From assembly GCF_006345805.1 (NCBI RefSeq), contig NC_043005.1, positions 4,030,001 through 4,094,000 on the forward strand: DNA of 64,000 nucleotides, given 5' to 3'. Numbering within the stretch: the first letter of the stretch is position 1; each line of letters begins with the position of its first letter. The translations under genes were made by a program, and so were the position numbers. This document shows, piece after piece, positions 61,827 through 64,000 of this stretch. This DNA comes from Octopus sinensis. Lineage: Eukaryota. The notes beneath the pieces were generated by a model that worked only from the letters and a program-made list of their open reading frames with translations, was not told the origin of the DNA and searched no databases.

Positions 61827-61830
<4 letters not shown>
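60165..61830 (+). mobile_element. Concatemer of four RTE 3' UTR units (about 300-360 bp) ending in the normal 3' terminus
   Basis: Junction AAACACC(A/T)TCCGAAGACCCGGCAAG at 60165, 60526, 60824 and 61184. Confidence 0.92.
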
Positions 61831-61869
<39 letters not shown>

Positions 61870-62044
61870 ATATATATTATATATAAGTGGAGCAAGAGCA
61901 CACATGAAAACAAAGTGTCACTGAAGAGGTCACAGATATATATATATATATATATATATATAATAATAAATATTAGGGAATAAATCCAAATTTACAGGGA
62001 AAAAAATCAGATTTAGGATTAAATCCAATTTTATAGTAAAATAT

Positions 62045-62197
62045 TATATAATATTAATTAGAGACAAAACCACTATTTTGCAAAACAAACAAGGAAAGAC
62101 TTAATCAATACTTTTTATTTTTTACTTTTTATTAAAATTTTATGTATTGATTAAGTCTTTCCTTGTTTGTTTTGCAAAATAGTGGTTTTGTCTCTAA

Positions 62198-62210
<13 letters not shown>
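62045..62210. repeat. Perfect 67-bp inverted repeat in a TA-flanked element (~61960-62210)
   Basis: 62045-62111 is the exact reverse complement of 62144-62210. Confidence 0.92.
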
Positions 62211-62241
<31 letters not shown>

Positions 62242-64000
62242 TACATACATACATACATACATACATGTATATATGTATATGTATATGCATGTGTACATGC
62301 ATAGATATTCATACATATGCACACACACACATACACACGTATGTATGTGTAAATTTTGGGATTGGAAGAAAATTACAAAAGTGTGTTTAAATACTCAACT
62401 GGTATTTTAGTATTTATTTCATCTGACCACAGCATTATGAAAGGCAAGGTCAGTCTCAATGGAATTGAAACTCCAAATGTAACATGATGTACCTAAGTTC
62501 TATGTGCACTCAACCAATCCTACTACCACCATCTGCTTCCCACCACCACTCTCTGACAGGAGTGGAGTGGGGGCAAAATTAAAAGACAATAAACTACTTA
62601 ATGAGCCAACTCATTGCCTGATTCACCCATTAATAAACCTTACTCATAACCTTTTATAGATCTCTCAGTGAGTACACACCATACCATGCCATGGGCCCCT
62701 TAACTCTTCAGTGGAGTTGTAGGGGCACCATCATGATGCATGGTGTATCATGGACAGTTTTAGACTTGGTGGAGTTAGGGTATCTAGACAATTTCTCAAA
62801 GGAGAGAAAGAGACAAAGAGGAAGAAAATAGACCTCAGCACAGGACTGGCACTTTACTTACCAACCCTGAAAGGATGAAAGGCAAAGTTGATCTCTGCAG
62901 GACTTGAACTCAGCATGCAGAAAGCCAGAATGGTTACTGCAAAGCAGGCCATCCAACATGACTCTGCCAAGTTTTGGCTGTCTTTTAGTATATACTAATG
63001 ACATTCGAATTTCAAAAGCAGTCTTCCTGCAATCAATTGAGTGACAAGAAATAGTAGCCAAATCGCCCTCAAACTACTACCTATATCATCCTACAGAACT
63101 TGCAAAAAAGAAAAGTACATTTAAAAAATTTGTGTAAGAACATCTATGATTGAATAAAAAAAATTGTTGGGATGGGTAATTGAGGTTGTGATCAGGTCAA
63201 CCCACATCAACAAACTAATTTGTTAAAGTGTGAACTGTCAATACTTGCTAACCCACACACAGTTCCATGTCACAAGCTGTGACAGTGGAGCATTGCCCTT
63301 CCTCTTGGTATTGAAGCAGTTCACAGGAATTCAGTGTAAGAAATCCTGTGTAACCAGTTTGGTTTCAATGGCTCCAGTAAGCTCTGCCGATCCCTTCACA
63401 TAACTTTAGTGTCAACCAGTAATTTGTTTTGTGATGGTGGTGATGGTGGTGATAGTGGTGGCTGTGGTGGTGATGGTAGTCTTCACCATTGTTGTCAGAA
63501 TGGCATGTGCACATGTTTGCATGAATTCTTTCATATTGTCACTCTCCAAGAAATACAAGGACATCATGAGAGGTGTCAACTGTTCTAATGAAAGACAAAG
63601 ATACAAGGAACAGAATAAGGGAAACTACTCATTACTCAAAGCTGTAACAGAAATGTAGTTTTCCTGGACCATATTGCCACTTAAAACCCTCACCAGTAAC
63701 CAGTAACACAAACAGACCCATGTGTTGGAGGGTTGTTGCCTAAGTGGTGCAAAATTGTCATCTGCCAGGAGTAGGGAGTCACCAACAAATAGTGGATGCG
63801 ACAAAACACTGCTACACTACATGCTCTCAAACTACTACTACTACTACTACTATACTGTCAAAACAAAAATGTCAAGTAACTGTGGAATAATAAACAGATG
63901 TGTGACAAGTATTGTCAATCCAGTTGTTCATTAGATTCCTCCATTTAATACATTACAGTGGTTACTTTTGTTTCTCTACATCAAAGGCTCTCAAACATTT

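Noticed and set aside
63240-63940. Short ORFs near the window end
   Set aside because: No domain or splice evidence, and partly trinucleotide repeats.

Overview
AT-rich animal genomic DNA with no host protein-coding exon that I can support; it looks intronic or intergenic. The repeat mix (tRNA-headed SINEs, RTE LINEs with (GAT)n tails, dense TA/CA microsatellites) resembles an octopus/cephalopod genome, which is my inference. The main element is a young, 5'-truncated RTE-clade LINE on the minus strand (46988-51849). It has an APE endonuclease and an RT with intact YADD, a C4HC3 PHD-type finger inside the RT, and a 3' UTR expanded into about 24 units of 67 bp with 201-bp higher-order structure. 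About 20 further RTE 3' pieces occur, including a 4-unit concatemer of the 3' UTR (60165-61830). Other remnants are R4/Dong, Tx1/L1, BovB-type, mariner, hAT, pogo-like and piggyBac-like. The most notable signal is a set of minimal hammerhead-ribozyme motifs of the Penelope-associated type in at least three repeat families. One family is a tRNA-headed, SINE-like element present as a head-to-head pair (10973-11599). Several long hairpin elements also sit in TA tracts. Boundaries of degraded repeats are approximate.
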